This document shows positions 50,501 to 64,000 of a stretch of 64,000 nt of DNA, one piece after another. The stretch lies in assembly GCA_000934665.2 (NCBI GenBank), contig JYFJ02000469.1:1-64000 (forward strand), in the 5' to 3' direction. Positions within the stretch are counted from its first letter, which is position 1. The number at the start of each line of letters is the position of its first letter. This DNA is from Catajapyx aquilonaris (lineage: Eukaryota). The notes under the pieces were generated by a model. It saw nothing but the letters and a program-made list of their open reading frames with translations, did not search any database and was not told the origin of the DNA. A program made the position numbers and the translations under genes.

Positions 50501-52955
50501 ACTATATGCATAATATATCTTTTGTAGGACTGGGTTATAAAGCAGCAATTATTTCAGAACGCACAAAAAAATGTTGAATTATAATGTCGAGTCTTCATTA
50601 GCGCCAAAAGTTTCCTACTTGAATAAGAGCGGGACATTATAATGAACCAAGAGTTTTCAAGGAGCTCTAGAAAATAATTAAGACCGCCTTTTCACGGTTT
50701 TGCAGACAGAAACGAGCCTAACTCGAATTGATCCCAGATATAAAGACCAAGCCTCTCAGTGGTTTGAAATCGCGTCCTCCAGATAGATGGATGAATGAAA
50801 AGAAGATAAGGTGACGTAAACGAATCGCCATTCATTACCCTGTTCAGATTGATAGACTATCTAAGACGCTTCGGGGGCCATGATTAGAAAGAGAGGAAGA
50901 AAGTGGGTGTGCGAATTGAAGTAATCAATTCCGGTCGGCTGGGTGATTTTTCAGAGCGCCTTGTGTGCGGATCCTAAGAAAAGAAGAAAACTTGAGAGGA
51001 CCGAAGAAAAGGATTTCGTGTCGCCCCTGCAGCTGAAGTTTGATTTCGAGAGTGGTCAACAAAAAAAAGGGGGAGGTCTAATATGATAAACGGAGGTCTC
51101 GTAATAAGATAGTGGGAGCCACATTTCATACTCAACCCAATTCCTTCTAGATATTCTAATAGCTGTGTGCTCAACCTCGACGACGTTTGATTAAAATGTG
51201 GAGTCGGCCACAAAAAAAAGGTCAAAAAGGTGTGCCACTTTTTAAAAAGTTCCACCAAAATCTAGGCAGTCACATTACAAGAAACGGAGCGTTTCAAGCT
51301 CATATTTCAAATTAATTTATTAACCGATTCTGCGCTCAACTACTTATATTAAGCAGCTTTCCACTTAAGTGCAAGTGCAGCTTCGGCTGCTCTCTAAACT
51401 GCTCAAAGAGTGAGAAGAAACTTAACCATAATCAGCTTAAAAGTTCATCCCATAAGAGTTCCCACGGCACGAGCGCCTTCATATGAAAAAAATAGCTCAT
51501 CCTGGAGTGCAGATAACCCATGCACCGCAACTTTTCACCACATTGCAAACTTCCACGAGGGGGAAAAAAAACAACACACCTTATATTTTGGCCATTTAAA
51601 AAAAAAGTTCGCATGTCCGCTCCACCACCCTGAGGCAACTTCCCCCAAGTATTTTAATTAAGACTTAATCTTCTTACAGCTCAGTTCTCCAAAGCGTGGG
51701 CGAAATGCTCTTCAACTAACTCCGTTAATTATTTCAAATACTGTACAGTACAACTAGGAGATCTCCGGCAAGATGCATTGATGGTTATTAGTCTGGAGGT
51801 CATACACTTGTTTCGCGTTGACGACATATACGATGTCAAAAAATGACAGATTTTGTGCTACCAGCCATGTGACAATAATGCCCCAGAATTTCCGCATAGT
51901 TGCGGCGATTTTTCTGCTGGCACCAACCCAGCAGTACAGTAGTGTACACACCAAACAGTGCAAAAAAAAAACAATACCCCCCCCTACGGTGAACCCCCGC
52001 AAGGAAACCAAGGCTGCAAACCAGAGAGCTTTAATGGCCGTGGATCCGTCCAGTTTTCACATTCCGGGTGCATGCTCCGGGACGAAAAATCAGAGCTCCA
52101 AGCCCTGAAGGAAATTGAATTACAAAGTTAGGTCGTATCTACACAGGACTGGGGAAAAAAAAAGAGATGGTTGCGGGTCTGTAAGTCATGACCGTGTCAC
52201 AGCCAGAATACTTTACTGCTTGGCCTTATGGGCACAGGCCCAAGCTCCTTTTTGGGTGGAACTTATCGTAAAGGATGAACGATTGGGTGTCCAAAGGTAG
52301 AAGAAAACGAAGTGATTTTTATCAGGCAAGGAGGATGGCGCTCAAAAAACGATTCGACGGGTGCCAGGAATGCGGGTCTATCCAGCTAAGAAAAAAAAGG
52401 CGGGTTTTACGAGTTTCCGGATTTAAGTTGCTGAGCGGGAGACGAGAAGGCCCTGCTAGAATTTAAGCCCGCTGGAAAATAAAGCTCTTTTGCCTGTACT
52501 CGACAAGTAGGAAAAGCTTAGAAATATGAGCCTGGCGTCCGGGGTAAGATTAGGTTAACTGCCACCAGGGCACTTTGGAAGGGATCATGCGGCTGGATCT
52601 GGCTCCAATGCGCCAAGGCAAACATGGCCGCTCCCCGTGAGATGACTGCTACCGAAGGACGCTCGCATTTCAGCAAAGATTGCAGGCCTCCTTCCACTAG
52701 GGCTGATAACAGCAGCAGAGTCAATTTGTGGAATGTACGGCATGAATGAGATTGGGAAAGTTTTCCGTTGCAGAAAAAACGGGGGAGGGGGTGAAATATG
52801 TGCTGATATTGAACTAGGAGAATGCATCAAGCTCCTACACCACAGGCTGCTCCATGTGAATCTGATGCTGATGGACCTGATCTGTCCGCACGTTATAACA
52901 CACACATATCACGGGCATATAAAATACTACTGTAAGTAAACCAGTTTCGAAAATA

Positions 52956-53327
52956 CCATCAATTGGACGGTGTTATGCAATAATGAATCAACCCACATGG
53001 GACCAGTTTTGAGAAAAAGAGCTTTGAACCCGTGGAGTTAATTTCGGTCATTTATATGGCAGTAACCAGCTTGATTTTAAATGAATGAAGTACGATCCTT
53101 TATGTTCATGGGCTTAACTCAATTTTGTGGGTTGACACATTATTGCATACCACCGTCCAATTGGGGTGAGATTGTGCCAGAGCATTTTGGACAACAGTGC
53201 GCCCTACTGGCAGCAAGCGTATTTAGGCATGTTTATACTATACATTGAGGGATAGTCAAGGTTGGCAAAATTCGCGGTATACTGTTGTCCAAAAGATGTT
53301 CTGGCACAATCTCATCCCAATTGACGG
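52956..53327. mobile_element. TA-flanked Tc1/mariner-type MITE (about 174 bp) whose left TIR is interrupted by a second MITE
   Basis: TA|CCATCAATT[insert]GGGGTGAGATTGTGCCAGAGCATTTTGGACAACAGT ... ACTGTTGTCCAAAAGATGTTCTGGCACAATCTCATCCCAATTGACGG|TA. Confidence 0.75.
52965..53158. mobile_element. Nested 194-bp MITE with 33-bp TIRs and AATT target-site duplication
   Basis: GGACGGTGTTATGCAATAATGAATCAACCCACA / TGTGGGTTGACACATTATTGCATACCACCGTCC, with AATT at 52961-52964 and 53159-53162. Confidence 0.8.
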
Positions 53328-56300
53328 TATTCAGTCACGAAAAGAAGGGCGTTGGCTCGCTTTCCAAGATGTTCAACCCTACGTTTAAAGAAAATGGACC
53401 GCTCGTAAATCATTACCTCCGAAAAAAACCACAGGTAGCTTCCCCATTTGGCTAATTGCGGGATTTATTGCACCACAAAACCTGCCCAATCTCTAGCTTC
53501 AAAGCCGGGTATGACTTTGTGGACCGGTGCACGTCTTCGTCTCCACCGAGCTGTGATGTTGGAGGTGACGATGCAGATCCCAAAGTCGTATAGTCCAAAG
53601 TGTCGCAGACTCAGTTCCGTTGGGAGTCATTAGGAAACCGGGGGACTTCCAAACATGAAGTTGCATACAGTGTAGCCCGTACCCGTCTAAGTGTGATAAG
53701 CATGCGGAGGGAAAGGCAACCAGGATTACATACGAGACCAGGACTAACTTGAGGATCAACTTTTACGACGCCAGATAAACTCGTCTGCCACAATGTTCAG
53801 CACTGCGAGTCGGTGAGATGCATACTGCAGGCACCCCCCCCCCCCNNNNCCCCCCAAAAAAAAAAAAAAAAACTGCGCAATATACATGAACCCCACCTGT
53901 CTAATCTAGAGCCCAGTTTGTTCCTCACACCTTAAAATATTTAATCAGTGCAGGATTTGCACCCTGACTTGACTAATTAAATCTGATGTCTCCTCCCCTT
54001 TCTATACGACTCGGCACTTCCGCGATAAATATTTCATGTCCCACTGCGAAGTGCCGCAATGTTTCCTAATCGATACAAAGTTTGTTGCAAACTGTACTGA
54101 TACCCAGCATGATATTTACCCTTACAGCCTGTATCTTATCGTTGTAATATTGGGGGTTTGGGGGGTATTCATGTCTGCGGACGTTTCCTCGCACCCCAGG
54201 CCGGACTATGGAATTTAATTTATAGTCTCCCATAATTCATGCTTGTGCGGAACCAGTTCCAACCCCCCCCACCATTTTTTTACTTCCTGAGTTAGTGGCT
54301 CAAGTTTTGGCCTCGCAGCACAAAACGCAATCCAGACATCGACAACCTACCGCCCAATAAATGAGTTAAAATGGAAATGGAGGAGGGTGGGCTTGCTTCA
54401 AGGAGAAGCCATAAAAATCGCATAAATCTCTTTCCAGAGTGGAAAATCGCGAAAAAAAGGACTTCGTTTTTTGTTTTTTTGCGAGATAGGAAAACTCCGG
54501 AAATTGCAATATCGGAATCAGAAACACGAGAAAAGCAGATGGCTTCAGAGTTATACGGCTGGACCAAGGGGTTTCAGAGAGACAACAAAGGGAGTTTCGA
54601 TTCGGCTTCTCTGTATTTGTTCCGAGGGACTGGACCATAGATGCGTCCATCCGAAAATCTTTTCAGAGGTTTATCTATTGTTTTTGTGACGTGTTTTCCT
54701 CGGCTTGATTTTCTCGAAGCCCAACTTTCTTTGGGCGGTTGCGTGCCAAAAAATTTTCCCCTCCTATCAGTTTTTCTTGAGATTTGGGGTCGTGGCAGCC
54801 GTCAAAACACACATTTCAGCTGTGTATTGACACGCCTTGGACAGAAGTTGTTATTTTTTTTATTTTTAATGTTCAATGCGTGTAATATGCAACGAAAAAT
54901 GACCTCGATGTTCCGCTAACTATAAAAGTGCACAAAATTTGAAGTGTAAATGCAATTATAGTTTTTCGATATGCGCAAAACTGCAGAAAATCAGTCCACC
55001 AAAAATTTTCCATACATAACTAACACGCATTCAGACTAATTCTCCCTCCAGTAAATAATTTATTATATTCCACAGAAGTCGTAACGACTTTTTAAACATT
55101 TTACATCGAATTGGCATTAATGCTACATTAATGCATACATTGATTTTGCAGTGAATTGGCCAAATTTAGGGAGATTCTTATTTGCGAAAAGTGCTAGTGT
55201 CGCTTGTTATTCGAAAAAAGTCAACTCTCCCAAAGAAATATAGGAAGCTACAAGAACTTTCGTGCAAGGTAGTCGTATTTCTCATTGTCTGCAAACATGA
55301 CTGCAGGGAAAATGCTACCGTCATTTTAAAAACTTCTTTCATACTTCTTTTTCTTGTAAGACAGCAAAAAAAATATTCATCATCTCCGCAACAGCGAGAC
55401 CAAAAAGTTTCTCAAAGCGGCGAAAGTGCATCTCATTTGGCTCGCTCTCTAAGAAAACGAGCCAAATCTCTTTGGCTTTAAAAAATGTGTCCAGAAATAA
55501 TTGCAACATTTGGAGCCACCTATTATACGTTTTAGAGTCCTTTACATACAGTCACAGCATCCCTAAGTAGCAATTAGAGTAAGTCGCTCACGTACAGTAT
55601 TTATTGAACGTATGAATTCACTCAATTGGCATTATTGGTACTATGCACAAGATCACCTGCTGGCTGAAATTTCTGAAGCAAAAAAAAATCGCATTAGCAT
55701 CCCGAACTTTTCTTCTATGTCCATAGGTGCACTCAGAACTTTGTTCCGATAGTCCTGACGACCAAAAAAATAACCGGAGCAGTTCCCAACTTTCCCGAAA
55801 CGTTCCCCCGACTTGAGCAAATTTCTAGGACTTTACTCTCAAGGGTTTGCACTCTCCCATCCCGAAATCCCCGGCGGTTTTGCACTCCCGGAAAAGCGAG
55901 AAGCAAAGTCAGGGCACCACGACCTGATACATTATTACCATCCAACCCCGTCCGGCTTCAGGCGGAAACTAAGCGAGTCGGCAGGCCTCTTCCACCTCAA
56001 GACAACACTGAACCAATTGACTTCACAGTTGTATGCATTCCCTCCTCCAACTTTGTGCGGCCTCAAACCAAAACCTTTGAAGCTTTCCAAACTCCTCTTC
56101 TGTGCAAGTCTCGTAAGCAAGGGGGTTAAATTACTATCCGGATACCTGCTGGGGGCATGGCCGGGGGTCTTTCCGGGGATCTTATTATGCCGCTACCTTA
56201 TATGACAAGTGCAGTACTCAACTTTCAGGCAGGTTATTGGAAAGTTGCGGGTTAATGTTGAGGTTCGGGGAGACATGTTGAAGTGACGTTGCCGGATGTA

Positions 56301-59300
56301 TTTCTTCTAGAAGAATGGCCTCCGAGGGCTAATATTGTACTCGGAAGGCAACATCCTCCCTCCAACAAATCAAACACAGCTTGTCCTAATTGAGATGAAA
56401 GCTGGCAGTTTTTCGCCCTAAGCTGCAGTCGCTTTGGAACAACTGGCAGATATAGAGAAAGTATCAGCTGCTATAATATTAGGACTTTTCGAGATGAATT
56501 CTATATCACTTTCAAAAACCATCAGCTGTCTGGTATGTAAAATACGGTGACATATTCGAGTGCTATTTTCAAAAATTTAATTTATAAATGACAAATCTGA
56601 CACTCAGCATTTTCAAATTCTACGTTAAGCGGTAGTAAACCGAATTAACGTCACTTGTCAACGTTTCCGAACAGATTAAAACGGTGGTGAGCTTGCTGAA
56701 ATTTACTGACAGTATAGAGTGGACTGAATCCATCTTGTAGAGAATGTAGATGGACCTCCGTCTGTGTTTAAAGATCGTCAGCAAATCCCGGAATCGCTTC
56801 AGATAGGGCGATCCATGATATGGCATAACCTAGCTACTAATTTTTTGAAATGAGCACTGTGACCCCCTCCCTTCACGTCATATGTACTGTACACAGTATA
56901 TGAACAAAGACGCCTTTGTTGATGGTTGCACAGCGCCATGATTGAAATGCAAATGTTCACCCGAAGCCTTTTGGTATTTACAAGTAATTACCATGTTAAT
57001 GACCATTTGTGCTCGAGGGCCTGTTATTTGGTGACAAAAGACGAAACTAAACGACAATGAATTCCCGAATATTCCTATCTTATTTTAAACGCATTATGAA
57101 TGTCACACTGTCTCAGTCGACCAGCATTCCTGAGCCTCCCTGTGCGCCCAACCCCCCTGGACATAAAACCTAGAAGCGTTCTGGACCAATCTAGACCCGA
57201 GCCGTTCCCAAACTCCCATAGGAATTGCAACAAACTTCAAACGTGATCCCATCAGCCGCAAGTGAAATTAAACGAGCAAAAGCCGGACCTCAACCGCCAT
57301 CGACTTCCAAACGTCGCCTCATCCACAAGCGATAGAAACACCCTGATTTTCTCCTGTCAGCAAGCTCCACCATATCTGAGGCCCAGCTTTGCAAACGAGA
57401 ACCCATCAATTATTCAATAGACCCCAACCTAGTTAGTTGCTGCATCTCTGTCTCATGCGAGAAAGCTCGGTAAAGATGATGTGACAGCGGATTGACATCG
57501 GTTGTGGTCTCTGGTGTATTATGCAACTACGCAGTTAGTGCACTTGCACCTGTGCATCTCGTTCCCGGAAACCTTGACAACCTGCAGCCCTACCTGCTGC
57601 ACTTGAGGCCACAGTCAAAATCGATTGCACCTGCCCTTGAAACTTCGTCCCATATACAGTACGGGCCCCGGGTTTTTGTTGCAGTCGTTCGGACCGTCAT
57701 TGCAGCCTTCAACATCATTAGGTCAAAAGGTCTCTAACCTACCAGCACGCAAACATTAACCCGAATAGAATTTTTGCAGACCTCCACCTTAGCGTGTCCA
57801 GGTTCTAATTTGGATTGGAGGCGACGGAATGGCCACCTTCTAAATTAAATCGAGGTCACACCCCCCCGGATTTTTAATTGGCCCCCCTCTGGATAAAAAG
57901 ATGCTGACTTATCGCCGAGTGAAAATACAGTTCCTAACCCGTCCTTGACACCAGGTGTGTTAACACTGATGAGCTGTGATAAATTCATCAGTAGGGAAAA
58001 ACAGGAGTCTCCTTTTGACCTTTTTGTCGAGCATGGGGAAAAAAACTGGGGCTGGGACTAGGGCTGTCGTGACAATCAATGTGGCAAAGTTGGGCAAAAG
58101 TTTGGGGAAGGCTGGGGTGGATGGAGAGGGAGGGAGTTGTCCTATCCTGGACGATCCGTCCATGGAACGAACCAATTTCCCGTCGTTTATTGCCAGCGAG
58201 ATGAAATATGGGCTCTCGCTATCAGCAAACTACTTTTTTTTCGCCCTTATTAGTTCATATTCACACTGCATGATGCACAGTTTTTTTAAATACAAACCCA
58301 CTTGAATTGTGGTGAAATATTAGACGGAAACCCCTGCTCCAGTCACACAGCTAATTCCTTCCCAAATTATTAATATACCCAACTACAACCAGCAACAATC
58401 GCAAAATAAAGATCTCAGAAACCCCTCCCTATAGGGAAGATTATAACCTTCCCCATAAATTCCCATCATGAGAATAGGGTTGGGGGGGGGGGGGGGGGAN
58501 CACAACCTGGCCACCACACCTCGGCACTTCTGCTCCCTAATCGCCTTCCAGTTCACAGATGCGGTTCTATAGCTGGCCACAATCACGGTTGCCGCTCTAT
58601 CATCGTCAACAACAGGGTGTACAAAAATGTCAAATGGAAGAACGAAAAGAAAAAAAAAACTTGCTAATGACCCCTGCCAAGAGAGGAAATTCCACCCCTC
58701 CTAGATCCATCACCCTGGATGGAAATGCTCTTCCTTGAGACTTGGAGGGCCCTTTCATGTATTCGCCCCCGTGAAACTTGAGCATATCTTACTCAAAAGA
58801 CGTCCACTGTCAGGAGGGAGGGGTTGGAGGAAGCATATCACTACCAACCATTGCCTGTGAAAAATGAAGGCTTGCTTTTCAAGTTCCCAAGTTTCCTCCC
58901 ATCCACTCTAGTCAGCAAAAGTGCTGTAATTTCGTAGCCGAGAACTTAATCTTGCATTTTTTACTGTGCTGCAAGCTTATTCAAACTTGAGATGGAGGAA
59001 GCATAAAAATGTTTTGATTCGCTGCAAGTTTTCGGCAGTAAAGTGATGATAACAATTCTTTTGTTGTGCAATCGCCCGGAGGTATAAATAACCTGCGCTT
59101 CTTTTATTATTGTTTCATTTCAGCGGGAAATGACAGTATTTGGTCATTAACGCCGGGAAAAAAAAGTTTCATCAACCTGCTTTACTACGCCCTTGGGTGG
59201 AACGAGTTAATTAACTTTTTTGTTATGCACAGGAGCTAATTTCGAAGTAATTGTAAAAACTTGATGGAAAATTGGTTCGGGTTATCCTGTCGTCAAAAAC

Positions 59301-59972
59301 AAGGCTGTGAAAGGTTAAGGCGTAACTTACTGCGCGGTAATGACACCTGAATACAAAACAAGCAAAACCATATTCTTACGTAAATATGAGGTGATATACC
59401 AGCTCGAAACTCAAAATTTTTAATAAAAAAAGTTTTGCTTTATTATCCCCCCCCAAAACAAACTTCCTACTCACATCTGCGCTTTAATACCAAGCTAAAA
59501 TGAAATCCAAAAACTCAAGTAGGTAGCTCAGGACATGCTTGATTAAATTATGCACCTACTCAGCTTGTCTGCATTAGCCCTTTCCTCATTCCGCAGGGAC
59601 TTAGTTATACCCTGACCTCTTCCCCAGAAAAAAAACCTTCCTTCCTTAATCATCATCATCATCCCCTGTCACCACCTTTGTTCGAGAGCCAACATTTCCA
59701 CTCCCAACTTCCAGCCATTCTCCTGTGAACTAGTGTACTTCAGGCCCTCCTTTCTCTTGATCCCTAATCTCCATACTAGATGTGAGCACCTGCACTTATC
59801 CTCGCTTTTCTGCCTTCCCTAGTTCATAAATATCAAAAACACCGAAGCCAGAAAAAAACTAGGAATTGGAGAACGAATCCCTATGGACCAAGTTTCCAGG
59901 TAACTGGAGATGAAATTCTCCCATTGTATATTCCAGAACTTACGTCATACTATTTTCAGGAGACTTGCGCGC

Positions 59973-60030
59973 GCGCATTGGACCATCCAGCCAATCAGCA
60001 ATGGTCCAAATGCGCCCTAGAAGTATAAAT
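59973..60030 (+). promoter_or_regulatory. Orphan promoter-like module (CCAAT box plus TATA box)
   Basis: AGCCAATCAG (59989-59998), reverse ATTGG (59977-59981), TATAAAT (60024-60030). Confidence 0.35.
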
Positions 60031-63000
60031 GCCACTTTGTCTCCAACACTGCTCTATTTGTCACGGATCTAGCACAACGCATATATCAAAAACCAGCTAC
60101 TAACAGCACCCAGCATATTTCATCGCTCCGAACAAATCAAACATAACGACCCACGTTTTTCGGCGTTAGTCCGACCCACAAAACAGGGTCGACATTAATA
60201 CTGCATGGGGCAATCTCAATTTACCAACAAAGATCAATTTCCTAGGGACTTGTATATTCGCCGAGGGGAGTCACAATAAAACGGGACACAGGAATGAGAT
60301 GGAGAATCGAGTCAGGGTTGGTATCTATCTCCCTTTCCACCCCTTCCAGCTCGAAATAAAATCGGTTTTTGGAGAACACTTCATCCAATAGCTTTTACAA
60401 AAAAAAATAAAAAAATAAAAAAAATAAAAAAATCCTCCGCAGGCGTCCATAATAAATCTTGCCCAAACGGTGCTTCCGATAACACTTTCACGTGCCTTAT
60501 ATATTTATTCATATATAGTCCAGAAAAAAATACAGCCTCCGGAGATACTGAAGGAAACTGCTTTCATCTTTCACCTTAACGGGCCAACCTGAATAAACTG
60601 AATGATTTTTGATCCTATATTTTTTTGGTATTTATTCGCTCTCATCGGACTGACCCCTATCTTGTTTGGACAGGGCTAAGCGTCCAGGCTTTAAGCGTGC
60701 GGTTTCCCCCCATATCCTCCAATATAATGGCCTCATTTTATCCCCCTGTGCGACGAAACCGCAGAGGGTCCAGCTTTCAAGAGTATGGGTCCAAACATAA
60801 CTGAAGTGACAAATGAATTTTTCAAAATGGGCAATTATTCTGGGCGTCAGGAATTGAGGAGTTAGAAACAGTTAACGAATTTATGGAGCAGTTATGCATA
60901 ATATAGTGAATCCCCCTATTTTTAAGCGTAAAACTTTTATCACCTACCCGCATTTCTTTTTGCATCCTAATGCGGTTGGGTTCCAGCCCAATATTGGAGC
61001 TAAGCGGCAAAAAAAAAAAAAACTGTGCAAGTGAATAACTCATGAACTGCGGTGTTCCGCAACATGCCGACCCTAGCCAAACACTTCGAATGGACGACGC
61101 AGTATTTTTAATTGCATAACCAGCATGTGCGCATTTCGGGAAAACTAGACATTTCTAATCACAGTAACCAAACAGTCGTCCTCTTCTATTTTCCGCTGCA
61201 TCGACCATCAACAATGGTACTCTCTTTCCCCCACGTCCTTTTCATTCTTCCTTAGCCTATCTTTCCGCCACTCTTTCCCTCTCGCAGACTTGGCAGTCAA
61301 TCACATCAACTCCGATCCACTGAATCGGGAGACCTTTCGATCACCTTTTCCACTGGAGCCTGAAGAGCAAATAAGCTTCCTCCCCCACCCCTTTCTACCA
61401 CCCACTGTTTCTTCTCAGGCAACTTTCAAAACGAATTTCGTGTGTATGTATCATAAACAAAGTTACGTCAACACACTCCGCAACTTTAAGAAGAAGAAAA
61501 AAAAGGGTATATAATCCACCTTTCCAGGCTCTAAAATATATCCTTTTCTTCCCCAAACTGTGTAAGTGGATTCTCCTACGATGGAGCAGGAAACTTCCTA
61601 CGTATTTTGAGAGAACTCGGTGGAGAAAATGGGTCCGGTTGATTTAGAGCACCATAGGATTGAGGATGGTGTTCGTTATTTCCTAAGATGTTACAGGAGT
61701 GAAACTCTGGGACTGCATTATGTTACGAACAGGAACGTTTAGCCCTCTTGGCACAGCACTTTTATATGGGGAAAAAAGAGGGTCCGTCCCATTTCGACGA
61801 TGTCAGTGGAAAAAAAAGGAAATTCACTGCCGTGCTATTGGCGGAATGACTTCCTCACTCCGGAAACTATCGGGGAGTCATAAAGTGGCCCAAACTTTTT
61901 CCATCGTCCCACGCGAGTATTGGACCCTTGGTTTGAGATATTGTACACAACCGCAGGGGAGCGAGACCAATCCCCCCCGATCCCCCGCCCTATACCAAAA
62001 TTTCCAACATCACCGTAAACCGGAACTAATTGTCCTGATGACCTTTTCACCGGAATAATGAACCGCCTATAACAAGCTCCTAATTGTAAAATGTCGGCAG
62101 AGTTTGATCCCCCTCCTCGTAACGCTAGCATTTCGGGGAGCCATTGTGAAGCGATATAACCGGAGGGACATCAATACCCTCTCTTTGTGAGTGGTTGACC
62201 TGTGATGTGACAACAAAGGGACACCTTTATCCAGCTTGTGACCTCATCGGACACATTTGATCAATACACATGTGATGAAGTAATAAGTAAGATGTAAATT
62301 TTTCATTCCCCCCCAAAAAAGGTCGAGTGCATGTTCGTGTGAAGGGGTCATTTTAATACCTGGAGAAGAGCATCCTAGTCGTCCTTATTGATCTTCATTA
62401 TGAATTTATTCTGGCCCTATAGTGTATGAGTCTGCACTCTTCCCACCCATGAAATTATAATCAGAGGCAATCGATTTTTATAAATCTCGGGAGAGTTACT
62501 GCGTAATGATTCATGGATATTTTTCCTTCATGAATAACTAAAAAAAGAGGTTGAAGAAGCAATCATGATTCGGGAAATAATTAATGCTCACGGCGTAAGA
62601 TGTCACCGACAGCGTCCTACATCCATCACCGCATTGCAGGTACTGCCTGTGAAAAGTAACGTCAAACCGCCAAGGTTCAGGTCAACTTCCACTAAAATTT
62701 CATTAAGGAATGGATGCAGAGAAGTAATCTCAGAGTTTGATTCAATATAACCGCACCTGATTAGATTTCCTTACTCTTCCGGGTCTCAGCAGTCGGTTTA
62801 GGAAAAGGACGGCATGCGAGATTACAGTATATACTCTTGCGTCGGGTTTCAAAACCATGCATCGAGACGAACAGAAAAGGACTCCGGTTTCAGAAGCTGT
62901 TGACTCTGCACTCAAGACGTAGCGCAACTTGTACTGGGAACCGCAACTCCAAGTCTAATGAGCAAACCTGTTTCGAAAGACGGTTTGAACCAGATCAGAT

Positions 63001-64000
63001 TGCACCAAATCAGTGTCTATGCACACACACTGTGCTTTCAGGCAGAATGGAGTTACAGTAACTGCGACAGAAAAATGATATGACTACCCTACGGTGTGGC
63101 ATACAGTGTGACGATCTGACACAAACAGGTGACATCTCCCCATTTTATATCAGGACAAAATCTGCTGTTTCCGAAGATACTATTTCAGTCTCAATGACAC
63201 ACCTATTCCGAAACAACAAGTTGATATCAAATCCTGATGTGAACCTTATTTTTCGCAAGCTGTCAGCGTGATTCATTGGCGATGTCATGGCATCGGAACA
63301 TTGTCTAGCTAAAACTCGTGCATAGTTCATATATTCGGTACGCTGTTTCACTCCAGATTATAAACGACTGGCTTGGGACAGTCGCAAAATAACATATTTT
63401 TGTGGCAAGAATATCTTCTTGCTACATGCGACTGGGTGTGAATTCCCTTTCAGAGCAAAAACCGAAAAGTGGAAATAGTCATTTAACGTCAAAAGAGAAA
63501 ATCCAGTTCCAGGTACCAGCATGAAGATACTCATTTAACGCTCATTAATCAATATTATAGACCGACATATTCGTGTCTGGCTCGTTCTACGGCTACAAAC
63601 GTCAGAAACTCTTGTGATTAATTGCCATCGTATATGGATGTGTCAGGGAGAATAACAGCAAGTTTATGTCGCAACACTAAATGCAATTGCGAAAGCAACA
63701 GATACTTTGTAAAAATATTCAACTTCATGAAAGCACTAACAGCAAAACCCAGCCACCCCCCATTACAACAGCAGTTTGCAAAAAATGAGCGGCTTTATGT
63801 TTCAATCTATCACATCTGCCCTACTCTCAGGTAATAAGAATCAGGGCAACACAAAGCTATACATAGCAACACCACTCCGACATTTTTTTACCCCCATGTT
63901 GATGTAATTCTCATCATAAATTACAAGCCAAACACGATTACAAGCACAAAAGCTAATGGGTAGAGATCACGAATCCGTTGCCTGTGTATCGCACATTAAA

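Noticed and set aside
53499..53759. 86-aa ORF with a signal-peptide-like start (ILKLVLVSYVILVAF...)
   Set aside because: Starts at TTG, has no recognisable domain and no supporting splice or promoter signals.
59559..59598. Possible minus-strand exon reading SLRNEERANADKL
   Set aside because: Acceptor lacks a pyrimidine tract, and I could not link it in phase to the PACT gene.

Overview
Eukaryotic, intron-rich invertebrate DNA, probably arthropod (inferred from the RECK sequence and the compact 55-110 nt introns). Three genes can be rebuilt by hand with frame-consistent GT-AG splicing. (1) The 5' part of RECK on the minus strand: 7 exons from ATG 25620 to 1813, continuing off the left edge. 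(2) A complete 5-exon CFAP210/CCDC173-like ciliary coiled-coil gene on the plus strand, 28939-30774, 509 aa. (3) A pericentrin/AKAP9-like PACT-domain gene on the minus strand: about 26 exons from 47549 to 31295, about 2,890 aa traced, 5' end not found. Non-coding DNA holds MITE-like inverted-repeat elements (one nested pair), a tRNA-derived SINE-like head, fold-backs and strand-asymmetric AT-rich minisatellites. The best leads are an abutting Forkhead + RFX X-box module before CFAP210 and a candidate X-box/TATA internal promoter that could give a short PACT isoform. Together they hint at a locally RFX-regulated cilium/basal-body gene pair. I found no prokaryotic-type system, CRISPR array or intact transposase. 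Most short ORFs in the track are antisense shadows or noise. Protein family calls rest on recalled motifs, not on database searches.
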